60,416 bases of DNA from an uncultured Solirubrobacteraceae bacterium (GTDB taxonomy: Bacteria > Actinomycetota > Thermoleophilia > Solirubrobacterales > Solirubrobacteraceae), in NCBI GenBank assembly GCA_964518445.1, contig CAZFGJ010000001.1, forward strand, positions 1-60,416, read 5' to 3'. The translations under genes and the position numbers were made by a program. Positions 16,963 to 27,082 of the stretch are shown here, one piece after another. Under the pieces are notes generated by a model. It was not told where the DNA came from and did not search any database. It saw only the letters and a list, made by a program, of their open reading frames with translations. Position 1 is the stretch's first letter; each line of letters opens with the position of its first letter.

Positions 16963-18324
16963 ATGGCCCGGCGAATCCTGCGCTCGAGCCTGCTCGCGAC
17001 CGCTGTCCTGGCGCTCGTCCCGGTGAGCGCCGGCGCCAGCGTCACGTTCGGCGACTCCCTGGGGATCCCCGAGGGGATCATCGTTCCCCACCCCGCCTGC
17101 CCGAAAGCCTGCACCCTCGTGACGACCATCTCCCCCGAACACCTCGACTGGTTCAGGGCCCCGATCAGCGGCACGATCGTCCGCTGGCGAATTCAGACGG
17201 TCGCCGGCTCGGACCCCCAGATGCTGCGCCTGCGGGTTCTCGAGCCGGTACCCGGAGACGAACTCGGCCCCGGCCCCAGCGAACCCTTCACGGCCGCCGG
17301 AACCAGCGACGGCGTGTCCGCGCCGCTCGGGGCAGGCACCTTCGCCTTCCCCGCCCGGGTGCCCGTCAAAGCGGGCGACTTCATCGGCCTCGACACAGAA
17401 GGGGCCCTGGCCGCCGTGGCGGTCGAGGAAGAGAGCATCCGCGTCTTCGAACCGCCGCCGGTCGACCTCGGCCCCGCAGAGGACGGCCTGGCCGAGGACT
17501 ACGCCCTGCTGATCAACGCCGACATCGCCGCCCCGCCGCGGAGCGTCATCCCAAGCGCCTGCAGCCCCGGGTTCAACGTGTCCATCGGCGTGGTCGCAGA
17601 CCCGGATCCCGCCGTCGCCGCCGCGGCTCTGCGGCTCAGCCTCGACGGCTCCCCCGTGCGGAGGATCCCTCTCGCTCCGGGCGAAACGAGCGTCCGGCTC
17701 ACCCTGGCACCGGGCAGCCACTTGATCGAAACCCGAGCCGAGGACTCGCTCGGGCAGGTCGAGTCCCAGGCTCAGCGGGCCACGGTCCTCGTCGGCGCTC
17801 CCCCGGTGCTCCACATCGCAAGCGACCAGGGCGTCACCGTCTACCCGCAGCGGGCCAGGGCGGCCTCCGTCTCGGTGACCGCCGGCGACAGCGCCGATCC
17901 ACTCGTCCTCGACCCCACCGCCTCGCACCAGGCCATCTGGACGGGGAGACCCGGCAGATTCACGGTCAGCCGCGTCGCCACCGACGGTTGCGGCAACAGC
18001 TCCACGTCGACCTTCACCTACACCGTCCGCCCCGCGCCCCGGATTACCGCACTGAGGCTCCAGAGGCCGGCGCCCCACCGACGGCTGCTCATCACCTACC
18101 GCGACTCCCTCCGCGCCCGGGCCGGCTTCACGCTCGTGCGCCTCCTCCCGTCCCGGACCCCGGTCGTCGCCCGGCTCACCCACGCCGATGCGCCGGGGGC
18201 CAACGGGCTGAGCCTGGCCGGCCTGCGCCTTGCACCCGGCCGCTACAGGCTCCGGGGCAGCGCCGCCGTCAGAGGCGCGGCGCAGGGTCCTGCGGCCTCG
18301 CTGAGCTTCCGCCTGGGTGGCTAG
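16963..18324 (+). CDS. Secreted beta-rich (Ig-like) hypothetical protein
   Basis: Signal peptide; APISGTIVRWR, PV.AGDFIGL; GSH.IE.RAED..G Ig-like segment. Confidence 0.65.
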   Translation: MARRILRSSLLATAVLALVPVSAGASVTFGDSLGIPEGIIVPHPACPKACTLVTTISPEHLDWFRAPISGTIVRWRIQTVAGSDPQMLRLRVLEPVPGDELGPGPSEPFTAAGTSDGVSAPLGAGTFAFPARVPVKAGDFIGLDTEGALAAVAVEEESIRVFEPPPVDLGPAEDGLAEDYALLINADIAAPPRSVIPSACSPGFNVSIGVVADPDPAVAAAALRLSLDGSPVRRIPLAPGETSVRLTLAPGSHLIETRAEDSLGQVESQAQRATVLVGAPPVLHIASDQGVTVYPQRARAASVSVTAGDSADPLVLDPTASHQAIWTGRPGRFTVSRVATDGCGNSSTSTFTYTVRPAPRITALRLQRPAPHRRLLITYRDSLRARAGFTLVRLLPSRTPVVARLTHADAPGANGLSLAGLRLAPGRYRLRGSAAVRGAAQGPAASLSFRLGG

Positions 18325-18890
18325 GCGCTCCAGCGAAACGGCAGTTCAGCGGCGATCTCGCTGAGCTTCGGTGCGGCGGCGTCTCGCTCTGAGACGGTCA
18401 GCTCGGCGGCCGGCAGGGGCCAGTCGATCGCGATCTGCGGGTCATCCCAGGCGATGGCCCGTTCAACGGCGGCGTCGTAGTAGCCGGTCTGCTTGTAGAA
18501 GACGTCCGCCACGTCGCTGATCGCGCAGAAGCCGTGAGCGAAACCGACAGGAACGTAGAACTCCCTCATCGACTCGTCGTCGAGCTCCACCCCCGCCCAC
18601 TTTCCGTAGGTCGGCGATCCCGCCCTTAGGTCAACCGCCACATCGAAGATCCGGCCCCGTCCGCAGCGGACCAGCTTTGCCACCCCGGTTCCGATCTGGA
18701 AATGAAGGCCCCTCACCACGCCCCTGGCGGATCGAGAGTGGTTGTCCTGAACGAAGGTCTCGGCCGCCGGCATCGAACCGTCCTCGTTCCACTGGCGCCT
18801 GTAGGTCTCGACGAAGAAACCCCGCTCGTCGCCGTGGACGGCGGGCTCGATCACCAGCGGTCCATCTATCTCCAGGCGTGTGACGCGCAC
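18321..18890 (-). CDS. rfbC: dTDP-4-dehydrorhamnose 3,5-epimerase
   Basis: DERGFFVE, VQDNHSRS, RGLHFQ, KLVRC, DVAVDLR, GFAHGF. Confidence 0.92.
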   Translation of the reverse strand: MRVTRLEIDGPLVIEPAVHGDERGFFVETYRRQWNEDGSMPAAETFVQDNHSRSARGVVRGLHFQIGTGVAKLVRCGRGRIFDVAVDLRAGSPTYGKWAGVELDDESMREFYVPVGFAHGFCAISDVADVFYKQTGYYDAAVERAIAWDDPQIAIDWPLPAAELTVSERDAAAPKLSEIAAELPFRWSA

Positions 18891-18926
18891 GGGCGGGCAG
18901 ACTAGCGACGGGCTGGGCCCGATGCG

Positions 18927-20363
18927 CTAGGGGTGGCGTTTGGCGTGCCGGCGGGCGTGTCGCCTGGCGTGACGGCGGACCTTCGGCTTGGGCTTGCCGT
19001 GGAAGACGGTGATCGTCGTCTGGGAGACGTTGCGCTGTTTGTCGTAGGCCAGGAAGGTCAGCGTGTGAGCGCCGAAGGAGATGTGCTTGGCGCCCTGCCA
19101 GGTGATCGCTCCGTCCAGCGTCGAGGGGTAGGTTTTCCCGTCGTAGTTGCGGATCAGGCGGCCGTCCACCTCGAGGCGGATGCGGAACACGCCCTGCGAG
19201 CTGCTGGCCGAGACGTGGATCGGCAGCGGACCGGTGTATTTCAGGTGGTTCGCCGGAGAGGAGACCCTGATTTTCGGCCCGGTGAAGACACCGCAGGACT
19301 CCGAGAGTTTGTCGCCGTTGCGGATGTAGGAGCGCATCGCGCCCCACGAGGGCTTGCGCGAGCCGTCGGCGCGAACCAGGCCGGAGGTGACTGCGCCTTC
19401 GTCGCTGTAGGGGAACCACAGCGCCAGCTGGACGTAGGGGTCCTGCGCGAGGCAGTGGTAGGCCTGGCTCAGATAGGTCGACTGCTGTTCGTCGCTGACG
19501 CCACCGGCCTTCTGCCCGGCCCAGGCGCCTTCGTTGCAGGTCGAGTTCGTGGTGCGCCAGCTGAGCTCGGTCATCCAGATCGGCTTGGCGTCACCGTTGG
19601 CCGTCATCACGGCGTGCACTTCCCGGTAGGCCAGGAACGAGTCGACCAGGAGCCGGTTGTCGACCCCCCGCAGGAAGTCGTAGGGAGAGAGGATGTTGCA
19701 TGCCGTGTCGGTGTGGACGGCGACGGCGTCGAACGAGCCCTTGCCGCCGGCCGCGTAGACACCTTCGAGGAAGGGGTAGTCGTTGCCCGTCAGCCCGCCC
19801 AGCAGGACGGTCGCGGCCGGGTCGGCCGCCTTGACGGCCGGGTAGGTCGCCTGCAGGAGGCGCACGTAGCCGGCCGGGTCGGGAGCTCCCGTCCACCATG
19901 CCGGAGCGTCCTCCTCGTTCCAGATCTCATAGGCGCCCACCCAGGGGGCGAACCGGTGGGCCAGCGTGGCCACGAAGGCCGCATAGTCCTGGGGGTTCGC
20001 CGGGGCGGCGTGTTCATCGCTCGAGCCGGTCTCCCATTGCGGCGTGTCCACGACGTCCAGGATCACTTTGGTTCCCGCGGGAAGCTGAAGGAATGACTGT
20101 TCGTAGCTGTTCAGGACGTTCGGGTCGATTGCACCGCGGGAGGGCTGCATGGCGCGCCAGCTGAGGAACATCCGCACCCAGTGGACTCCCAGCGTCCTCA
20201 CCCCGGCCACCTGCTGGGGCCCGAGGTTTGAGATGTTGAGCCCGGCCTCGGCCGCACCTGCCGATGACGGCAGGGCGCACAGGGCGAGTGCCACGAGCGT
20301 GCCCGTGAGGGCCAGGATGCGGCGGCGCGCTCTGCGAGGGCCGGAAGATGTGTGGGAGAGCAT
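18927..20363 (-). CDS. Secreted clan GH-A glycoside hydrolase (GH5/GH39-like) with C-terminal Ig-like domain and basic tail
   Basis: Signal peptide; YEIWNEE (acid/base) and IWMTELSW (nucleophile); start uncertain. Confidence 0.82.
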   Translation of the reverse strand: MLSHTSSGPRRARRRILALTGTLVALALCALPSSAGAAEAGLNISNLGPQQVAGVRTLGVHWVRMFLSWRAMQPSRGAIDPNVLNSYEQSFLQLPAGTKVILDVVDTPQWETGSSDEHAAPANPQDYAAFVATLAHRFAPWVGAYEIWNEEDAPAWWTGAPDPAGYVRLLQATYPAVKAADPAATVLLGGLTGNDYPFLEGVYAAGGKGSFDAVAVHTDTACNILSPYDFLRGVDNRLLVDSFLAYREVHAVMTANGDAKPIWMTELSWRTTNSTCNEGAWAGQKAGGVSDEQQSTYLSQAYHCLAQDPYVQLALWFPYSDEGAVTSGLVRADGSRKPSWGAMRSYIRNGDKLSESCGVFTGPKIRVSSPANHLKYTGPLPIHVSASSSQGVFRIRLEVDGRLIRNYDGKTYPSTLDGAITWQGAKHISFGAHTLTFLAYDKQRNVSQTTITVFHGKPKPKVRRHARRHARRHAKRHP

Positions 20364-20450
20364 GCGGATGGTCACAATTGGGCTATCGAGTACAGCGGCC
20401 CCAAGCTTGAGCAAAACGGCACCTCAGAGGACGCCATACCGACGGCCCTC

Positions 20451-21140
20451 ATGATCACCAACGGCCCTGCCGGTGGGCGCCGGTTGCAACTCGCGGCCGG
20501 CGAGGCGCACGTCTGGGTCGCCGATCTGGACGCAGTCGGCCCGCACCGGCTCGATCTGCTCTCTGCGGACGAGCGCCGCCGGGCCGCGGCGATCATCTCC
20601 GAGGATGCCCGGCGGAGGTGGGCCCGCGGGCGCGGTCTGCTGCGATCGCTCCTCGGTGGCTACCTCGGCGACGACCCCGGGGGGCTCCTGCTGGAGCGGG
20701 ACCCAAATGGCAAGCCCCGCCTGCTCGATCACCGGGCGGGAGCCCCGTCCTTCAATCTCTCCCATTCGGGGCATCTCGCCCTCTACGCCTTCGCCCCGGA
20801 GGGGAGCGTCGGGATCGACCTGCAGCTTCCCCGGGGGAAGATCGACGATCTCGCCCTGGCAGCACGGGCGCTCGGCCCCGAGACGGCCGAGACCCTGCGT
20901 GCACTGGACCCGGCCGGGCGCCGCTCCGCCTTCCTTCGCGCCTGGACACGACACGAGGCGGTGCTGAAGTGGCACGGCGGGGGCATCGGAGCGCCCATCC
21001 CCGCGGGCGGCCCGGAGCCATGGGTCACCGATCTCCCGCTCAGCGGAGAGCCGGCCGCGGCACTTGCGCTGGACAGCGAGCCCGCCCGGCTCCTGGTCCG
21101 TTCCGTCGGTGAGCCTGGCCTCGGCTCAGCCTTTCCCTGA
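20451..21140 (+). CDS. Sfp-type 4'-phosphopantetheinyl transferase
   Basis: LSADERRRA, GKP, FNLSHSG, VGIDL, WTRHEAVLK..GGG. Confidence 0.85.
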   Translation: MITNGPAGGRRLQLAAGEAHVWVADLDAVGPHRLDLLSADERRRAAAIISEDARRRWARGRGLLRSLLGGYLGDDPGGLLLERDPNGKPRLLDHRAGAPSFNLSHSGHLALYAFAPEGSVGIDLQLPRGKIDDLALAARALGPETAETLRALDPAGRRSAFLRAWTRHEAVLKWHGGGIGAPIPAGGPEPWVTDLPLSGEPAAALALDSEPARLLVRSVGEPGLGSAFP

Positions 21141-22502
21141 GGAGCGAGCCCGCCGGCGAAGGTCTTTAGCCGCGTCTCGGGCGGCACGGAGGGGCGGGCC
21201 GGCGGGGGAGCGTCCCACCCGCTGGACGAAGGCACCCCGTTCGTGGCCCGCCGGAGGCGGCGCCGTGCGGCCCTGGGTCCCCTGCAGCTCGGCTTCGAGC
21301 TCGAGGATCCGCTGGTCCGAGCGCTCGGCCCAGGTGATCGCCTCGTCGCGAATCGTCTCGAGCTCCCCGATCCGCCCCAGCAGCTCCCTGCGATCGAGGA
21401 GGGCCGTGAGGATCTCGCGTTCTTCGCCCCAGTCCTCGCCACCCTCGTCGGCCTCGACCGCGGCCCGCCCGGCCAGCCACTCGAAGAACGCGGCGTCCCC
21501 GTCGAGGTAGGGGTTGGGAGGCTCGGGCGTCCCGGCTTCTTCGGCGTCCATCACACCGACCCGGTAGCTCTCGCGCATCCACGGCTCGATCGGCTTGCCG
21601 CCGGGCGTCGTCAGCTGCCGCGGCGGGGTGGCGAAGGCCTCCTCGAAGCCGGCCTCCAGGAGGCGCTTCGAATAGCCCTCGACCAGCCTTGCGACGCCAG
21701 GCCGCTCATCCAGCGCCGGCCACCAGGCGGCCTGCGCGGGGAGGGTCGTCAGCTCCCCTGTGCGGCGCGGATCGAAGCTGCAGGCGAAGTGGAAGTGGCG
21801 CAGCGGGCCTCCCTCGATCGTCGGCCGCTCGCCGTCCCACTCGACATCTCTGGCTTGGAGGTTCCAGCCGGCCACGTTGCAGCCGGGGTCACGCAGCACG
21901 TCGCTGCCGAACAGTCCAACGGCCGCCGTGAGCCACATCTGCGAGACGAGCAGAGCGCGTCGCTGGTTGTAGATGCAGCGCCGGTGGGTCCGTTCAGCCC
22001 ACCAGTCCAGGAAGGGCTCGCCGCCGGGCCCCACGGCCACGAACCCGGCGTTGATGACACCGGCCCGAAGGAAGATCTGCTCCGGCCCGTCCTCGCGCCA
22101 CAGCCCGTGAGGGTGAAGCGCATGGGGCGAGAGCAGGACGGGGTGATCCGCCAGCAACCCCTCGAGGAACCCAAGGTCGCCATAGACGCAGCTGTCGGCA
22201 TCGAGCAGGACCACCGATCCCTCTCCCCGGGCCAGTATCGCGGCCATCAGCAGGGGCTTCATCGAGCCGGCCATGCCCTGGGTCGAGTACATCGTCGAGC
22301 GGCGGGCCAGCTCGGAGTCATCGACACCGATGTCAGCGGGGCGGAGCACCTCGAAGGGCTCGTCCTGCGAGAAGGCCGGAGCCGGCTCTTCGACGGAGAG
22401 CACCGAGAACTTCGAGCCCGGGTGCTGCTCGAGGAAGGATTCGGCCGTGACGCGCGCGTGGGCCGCGTAGTTGGCGGCCGTCAGGCAACAGCCATGGATC
22501 AT
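21126..22502 (-). CDS. Putative GT-A glycosyltransferase with C-terminal coiled coil
   Basis: KP, LLDAD (DxD), LSPH, RAGVINAGF, NVAGWNL, FHF. Confidence 0.72.
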   Translation of the reverse strand: MIHGCCLTAANYAAHARVTAESFLEQHPGSKFSVLSVEEPAPAFSQDEPFEVLRPADIGVDDSELARRSTMYSTQGMAGSMKPLLMAAILARGEGSVVLLDADSCVYGDLGFLEGLLADHPVLLSPHALHPHGLWREDGPEQIFLRAGVINAGFVAVGPGGEPFLDWWAERTHRRCIYNQRRALLVSQMWLTAAVGLFGSDVLRDPGCNVAGWNLQARDVEWDGERPTIEGGPLRHFHFACSFDPRRTGELTTLPAQAAWWPALDERPGVARLVEGYSKRLLEAGFEEAFATPPRQLTTPGGKPIEPWMRESYRVGVMDAEEAGTPEPPNPYLDGDAAFFEWLAGRAAVEADEGGEDWGEEREILTALLDRRELLGRIGELETIRDEAITWAERSDQRILELEAELQGTQGRTAPPPAGHERGAFVQRVGRSPAGPPLRAARDAAKDLRRRARSSGKG

Positions 22503-23827
22503 GAGCGCAGCGCCACCAGCCGCGAGACTACCCGGCGGCGCAGCTCGCCGAGCAGATGACGCGATCGGGCCTCCGCGACCCGAGGCCTGGCCAGCGGGTC
22601 GAGCTCGGCGATCACCCGCGCGGCGGCCGCCAGCTCGACATCCAGCACCCTGACCCGCTCCGTGCTGTCGGCCAGAGCCCGGTCGAGCTCGGCCACCCGC
22701 TCGAGCGCAACCCGGCGCTCCTCGAGCGGCCCCTCGAGACGTTCCCCCATGACGGCTCGGGCGCCCGCGCCGGGGTCCCGCTCAGCGGCTTCCACGTCGC
22801 AGATCGCGGCATCGACCCGCTCGACATAGCTGCGCCAGTCGACCTGTTCGCGGGCGCTGTGACGCCCTGCCTCGGAGAGACTCGCCAGGCGCGCCGGGTC
22901 ACCGAGAAGCTGCTCGGCGACCTGGGCCATCTCGTCAACCGTCGAGACAGCCACCGCTCCCGATGCTTCCTCGAGGCCCGTCGCGTAGAGGTTGCTCTCC
23001 AGGCCGACCACCACGGCGCCCTGCGAGCGCGCCTCCCACAGGACCCGCCCGTGGCCGGTCAGGCGGGCAGGCCACAGCAGGATGCGAGCCCGGCCCATCA
23101 TCTCCATCAGCTGCTCGTGCGAGCTCTTGGGGATCGCTGTCGCGGGAGTCTCCATCAGCTCGGCAGCCTGCCGGGCGAGCGGGCTCCATCCGTTGGCCTC
23201 GAGATAGACGACGGGAAGGTCCTTCTCGGCCCGGGCGGTGACGAACGGCAACGGGTCTCCGTTGCCGATGAAGGAGCAGCGCGCCCCTGCGTCAAGGGCG
23301 AGCTGTTGCACGCGCGGCATGTGGGTCCAGATGTCGACCCCGAGCGCCGCCATCGCCCGGAAGTGCTCGGGGCGCGCCACCGACGCGGGGTCGACCGTCA
23401 GGTAGGACTGGATCTCCCAGCCCTCCACGAAGGGCCATCCGGTCAGCCCCGGCGGTGAGAGGTGCGCCACGACGAAGCGGGCCGGCGAGAGGACGAAGCG
23501 GGCGAAGCGCATCACATCGGCGCCCCCTCCGAGCACCACGACGATGTCGTCCTTCTCGGGGCGGCGCGGCTCGCCGGGCAGCTCGGGCCGCGCTCCCCCC
23601 GCCTCGGCGAGCTCATCCAGCACGGGGAGCGAGACGGGGCCGCGCATCTCCACCTCGCGGCCGGTGGCGGCCGCGGCGACAGCCAGCTCGTGGAGGGTCC
23701 TGAACCCACCGGCGATGAAGGTGTCCCGGTGCGGTTCGGCGGCCGGCATCTCCCACGAGACGGGTTCGGGCTCGAGGACGCTGATGACGAGGCGCGGGGC
23801 GCGATCGGGGCTGCTCACAGCCTGCAT
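22499..23827 (-). CDS. Putative GT-B glycosyltransferase with C-terminal coiled coil
   Basis: GGFRTLHELA N-terminal motif; GHGRVLWEARSQGAVVV resembles the GT4 EX7E region; start uncertain. Confidence 0.65.
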   Translation of the reverse strand: MQAVSSPDRAPRLVISVLEPEPVSWEMPAAEPHRDTFIAGGFRTLHELAVAAAATGREVEMRGPVSLPVLDELAEAGGARPELPGEPRRPEKDDIVVVLGGGADVMRFARFVLSPARFVVAHLSPPGLTGWPFVEGWEIQSYLTVDPASVARPEHFRAMAALGVDIWTHMPRVQQLALDAGARCSFIGNGDPLPFVTARAEKDLPVVYLEANGWSPLARQAAELMETPATAIPKSSHEQLMEMMGRARILLWPARLTGHGRVLWEARSQGAVVVGLESNLYATGLEEASGAVAVSTVDEMAQVAEQLLGDPARLASLSEAGRHSAREQVDWRSYVERVDAAICDVEAAERDPGAGARAVMGERLEGPLEERRVALERVAELDRALADSTERVRVLDVELAAAARVIAELDPLARPRVAEARSRHLLGELRRRVVSRLVALRS

Positions 23828-23895
23828 CCTTGCGGCTTTCCACGCAACGGGGCTGCCGTGAGCGGGGGACGGCGCGGGTACGCTGTCAGCTAGCG

Positions 23896-25254
23896 ATGGC
23901 AAAGCAAGCAATGCCCCCGGTGGTGGTTGACCGGGTCCACAAGAGATTCGAGATCCCGCGCGAGCAGGTCAGCACCCTGAAGGAGCGTGCCCTGCACCCC
24001 TTCAGGCGGAGTGCGACCGACACGCTCAACGCGCTCCGGGGCGTGTCCTTCGCCGTCGAGCCGGGGGAGTTCTTCGGCATCGTCGGACGAAACGGATCGG
24101 GCAAGTCGACGCTCCTGAAGTGCCTCGCCGGGATCTACCGGGTCGATCAGGGAAGCATCTACGTCAACGGGCCGATGTCCACCTTCATCGAGCTCGGCGT
24201 CGGCTTCAACCCCGACCTTCCGGCTCGGGACAACGCGATGCTCAACGCAACGATGCTCGGGCTGAGCCCCCGCGAGGCGCGCAAGCGCTTCGACAGCGTC
24301 ATCGACTTCGCCGAGCTGCGGGACTTCATCGACCTGAAGATCAAGAACTACTCCTCGGGGATGCTGGTCAGGCTGGCCTTCTCGGTGATGATCCACGTGG
24401 ACGCCGAGATCCTTCTGATCGACGAGGTCCTGGCGGTGGGCGATGCCGCCTTCCAGCAGAAGTGCTACGACGAGTTCGAGCGCATCAGGCGCAGCGGCGC
24501 GACCGTCCTGTTCGTCACCCATGACATGGCCGCCACCCAGCGCTTCTGCGACCGGGCCCTGCTCCTCGAGCACGGCCGGCCCGTCGTCCTGGGCGACCCC
24601 GAGCACGTGGGCAACCGCTACCTCGAGCTGAACTTCTCCGAGCAGGCGCGTGAGCTCGAGCGGATCGCCGCCGAGGAGGAGAACCCCGGCCAGGCGAGGA
24701 GCCCCTCGATCGCGATCGCGACGGACACCCAGGGGGCCTCCGACGCGGCCGAGCGGGTGGCCGGCTCGGAGTCCGCCGAAAGCGAGTCCGAGCGCCGCGA
24801 CGGCGATCGGCGGGCCGAGATCACCGAGGCCTGGTTCGAGGACGAGCAGGGGGTGCGCGCAGAGGTGCTCCCGACGCAGAGGCCCTGCACGTTCGTGGCC
24901 CGGGCCCGTTTCCTCGAGGAGATCGAGAACCCCCTGTTCGGGATCGACATCCAGAACAGCCACCGCGACCACGTGATGTCGGCCTCCAACGTCACCACCA
25001 ACCCCCGCTGGGGCAGCTTCGCCGCCGGCGAGGAGGTGCTGTTGCGGATCCGCTTCGAGAACGTCCTGGCGGCCGATCGCTACCACGTGACGCCCTCGAT
25101 CGCCCGGCAGGGAGGGGCCTGGATCGACCGCCGGGAACGGATGCTCTCGATCGTCGTGACCGGCCCCCATCACTCCGACGCGCTGCTGGATCTCCCCTTC
25201 GAGCTCTCGATCGAGCGCTCCACGTCCCCCGCCCGGGCCGAGCTGATCGGGTGA
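23896..25254 (+). CDS. wzt: Polysaccharide ABC exporter ATPase with C-terminal carbohydrate-binding domain
   Basis: GRNGSGKST, YSSGM, IDEVLAVGDAAFQQKC, VTHD; about 150-aa C-terminal beta domain. Confidence 0.93.
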   Translation: MAKQAMPPVVVDRVHKRFEIPREQVSTLKERALHPFRRSATDTLNALRGVSFAVEPGEFFGIVGRNGSGKSTLLKCLAGIYRVDQGSIYVNGPMSTFIELGVGFNPDLPARDNAMLNATMLGLSPREARKRFDSVIDFAELRDFIDLKIKNYSSGMLVRLAFSVMIHVDAEILLIDEVLAVGDAAFQQKCYDEFERIRRSGATVLFVTHDMAATQRFCDRALLLEHGRPVVLGDPEHVGNRYLELNFSEQARELERIAAEEENPGQARSPSIAIATDTQGASDAAERVAGSESAESESERRDGDRRAEITEAWFEDEQGVRAEVLPTQRPCTFVARARFLEEIENPLFGIDIQNSHRDHVMSASNVTTNPRWGSFAAGEEVLLRIRFENVLAADRYHVTPSIARQGGAWIDRRERMLSIVVTGPHHSDALLDLPFELSIERSTSPARAELIG

Positions 25255-26162
25255 GCACTCAGACCGCCCAGCCGGCCGACCTCGGCGGCCCGATCACCCT
25301 GCCCGAGGGCCTGGGTCGCCCGATCAAGGGCCCCTCCGCCCTCGGATCGGATCCCCGCCGCCTGTGGCAGCTGACATGGACCCTGGCCAAGACCGAGTTC
25401 AAGCTGGCCTTCTTCGGCTCGGCCCTGGGCTACCTGTGGCAGCTGATGCGCCCGCTGCTGCTGTTCGGGGTCATCTACCTGGTCCTCAGCAAGTCGGTCC
25501 TGGCCGCGACCAACACGGAGCCCTATTTCCCGGCTGCGCTTCTGCTGGGGATCGTCCTCTTCAACTTCTTCAGCGAATCGACAGGCGGAGCCGTCACCTG
25601 CATGGTCCTGCGCGAGAACCTGGTCCGCAAGATCGAGTTCCCCCGCCTGGCAGTGCCGCTCTCACTCGTTGTCACCTGCGCGATGAACCTCGCCTTGAAC
25701 CTGATCCCGGTGGTGATCTTCCTGCTGGCCGCCGGCGCCTCGCCCCGTCTGAGCTGGCTGCTGCTGCCGTTCGTCCTGCTGCTGCTGGCCCTGCTCTCGA
25801 CGGGGCTCGGCATGATCCTCTCGGTCTCCTACGTCCGCTATCGCGACATCAAGCCGATCTGGGATGTGGTCATGCAGATGACCTTCTACGCCTCGGGGAT
25901 CTTCATCGCGATCTCAGGACTGGCGCCCATCACGGTGTTCGGCGTCGAAGTGAACCTGTCCCACGTCCTGATGGCCAACCCATTCGCGGCGATCCTGCAG
26001 GAGGCCCGCCACGTCTTCATCGACCCTGCCTACCCGACGGCGGCCGAAGCGATCGGCGGCACGGCCCTGCTGATGATCCCCATCGGCCTGGGCCTGGCGG
26101 CCCTGATCGGCGGCTTCGTGCTGTTCGACAGGCGTGCGCCCCAGGTGGCCGAGCAGCTGTGA
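25251..26162 (+). CDS. wzm: Polysaccharide ABC exporter permease
   Basis: GSALGYLWQLMRPL, LVRKIEFPR, RYRD, FYAS, NP; multiple TM helices. Confidence 0.92.
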   Translation: MSTQTAQPADLGGPITLPEGLGRPIKGPSALGSDPRRLWQLTWTLAKTEFKLAFFGSALGYLWQLMRPLLLFGVIYLVLSKSVLAATNTEPYFPAALLLGIVLFNFFSESTGGAVTCMVLRENLVRKIEFPRLAVPLSLVVTCAMNLALNLIPVVIFLLAAGASPRLSWLLLPFVLLLLALLSTGLGMILSVSYVRYRDIKPIWDVVMQMTFYASGIFIAISGLAPITVFGVEVNLSHVLMANPFAAILQEARHVFIDPAYPTAAEAIGGTALLMIPIGLGLAALIGGFVLFDRRAPQVAEQL

Positions 26163-27082
26163 GCGGTCCCGCCACGCGGGTCGCCTTCGTCGGGCAGGGC
26201 GGCTTCTTCCGCCAGTGCGCTCTGGAGCAGACAGCCGGTGGCCTTCAGCCGGAGTTCGTCGACTTCCGCGCAGCCGCCCCGGCGGCACCGCTCCTTGCTC
26301 ACCTGCAGGACCTCGACCCCGACGTGGTGCTTGTCTTCCGCCCGGAGATCATCCCCGCCGGATTGTTCGCTCCCCTGCGGGCCGTGACGATCGGCTATCT
26401 GACCGAGCCGCTGCCCCGCGGGCGGGGGGCAGACCATCCCGACCTGCAGGGCAGGATGTGGTGGCTCGAACAGGTCGACCGCGCCAACTTCGACCGGATC
26501 ATCTCCTTCGACCCGCTGATCGCCCAGACCGCCGGCGGGGTGATCCCTGTGTGGCACTCCGAGCCGCTGCCCGTCGCGGACAGCCTGTTCATGGACCCTC
26601 ACGAGCGCGCCCTGCCACCGCGGATCCTCTTCGTCGGGCGCTCCACGGAGCACCGCGAGCAGCTGCTGGCCAAGGCCAAGGCAGCCCACCGGGTGATCCA
26701 CGTGGGGCACGGGCTGAACGGCGATCTGCTGCTGCGCTACCTGGGACGGACCGATGTGCAGATCAACCTCCACAACAACCCCTACCCGTCGTTTGAGAAC
26801 CGCGTCAGCATCGCCTTGGCCGCCGGGCACCTGGTGATCTCCGAGCCCCTGAGCCCGACTCACGGCCTCGAGCCGGGCACCCACTTCCTCGAGATCAACA
26901 CCGGCGGGGAGCTGCTGGCCGTGCTCGACGAGCTGGCCGCCGACCCGCAGGCCTTCGCCGATGTTCAGGCAGCCGGGCGCCTCGAGGCGGAGCGGTTTCG
27001 CGCCTCCACGGTCTACCCGCGGCTGATCTCAGATGCGCTCCAGGACGTCCGGGCCGGGGGCTCGGAGCGCATCCGCAGCTAG
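26159..27082 (+). CDS. Putative GT-B glycosyltransferase (CgeB-like C-terminus)
   Basis: GTGA overlap with wzm; LFVGRSTEHRE, INLHN, FENRV..ALAAG.LVISE. Confidence 0.72.
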   Translation: MSGPATRVAFVGQGGFFRQCALEQTAGGLQPEFVDFRAAAPAAPLLAHLQDLDPDVVLVFRPEIIPAGLFAPLRAVTIGYLTEPLPRGRGADHPDLQGRMWWLEQVDRANFDRIISFDPLIAQTAGGVIPVWHSEPLPVADSLFMDPHERALPPRILFVGRSTEHREQLLAKAKAAHRVIHVGHGLNGDLLLRYLGRTDVQINLHNNPYPSFENRVSIALAAGHLVISEPLSPTHGLEPGTHFLEINTGGELLAVLDELAADPQAFADVQAAGRLEAERFRASTVYPRLISDALQDVRAGGSERIRS

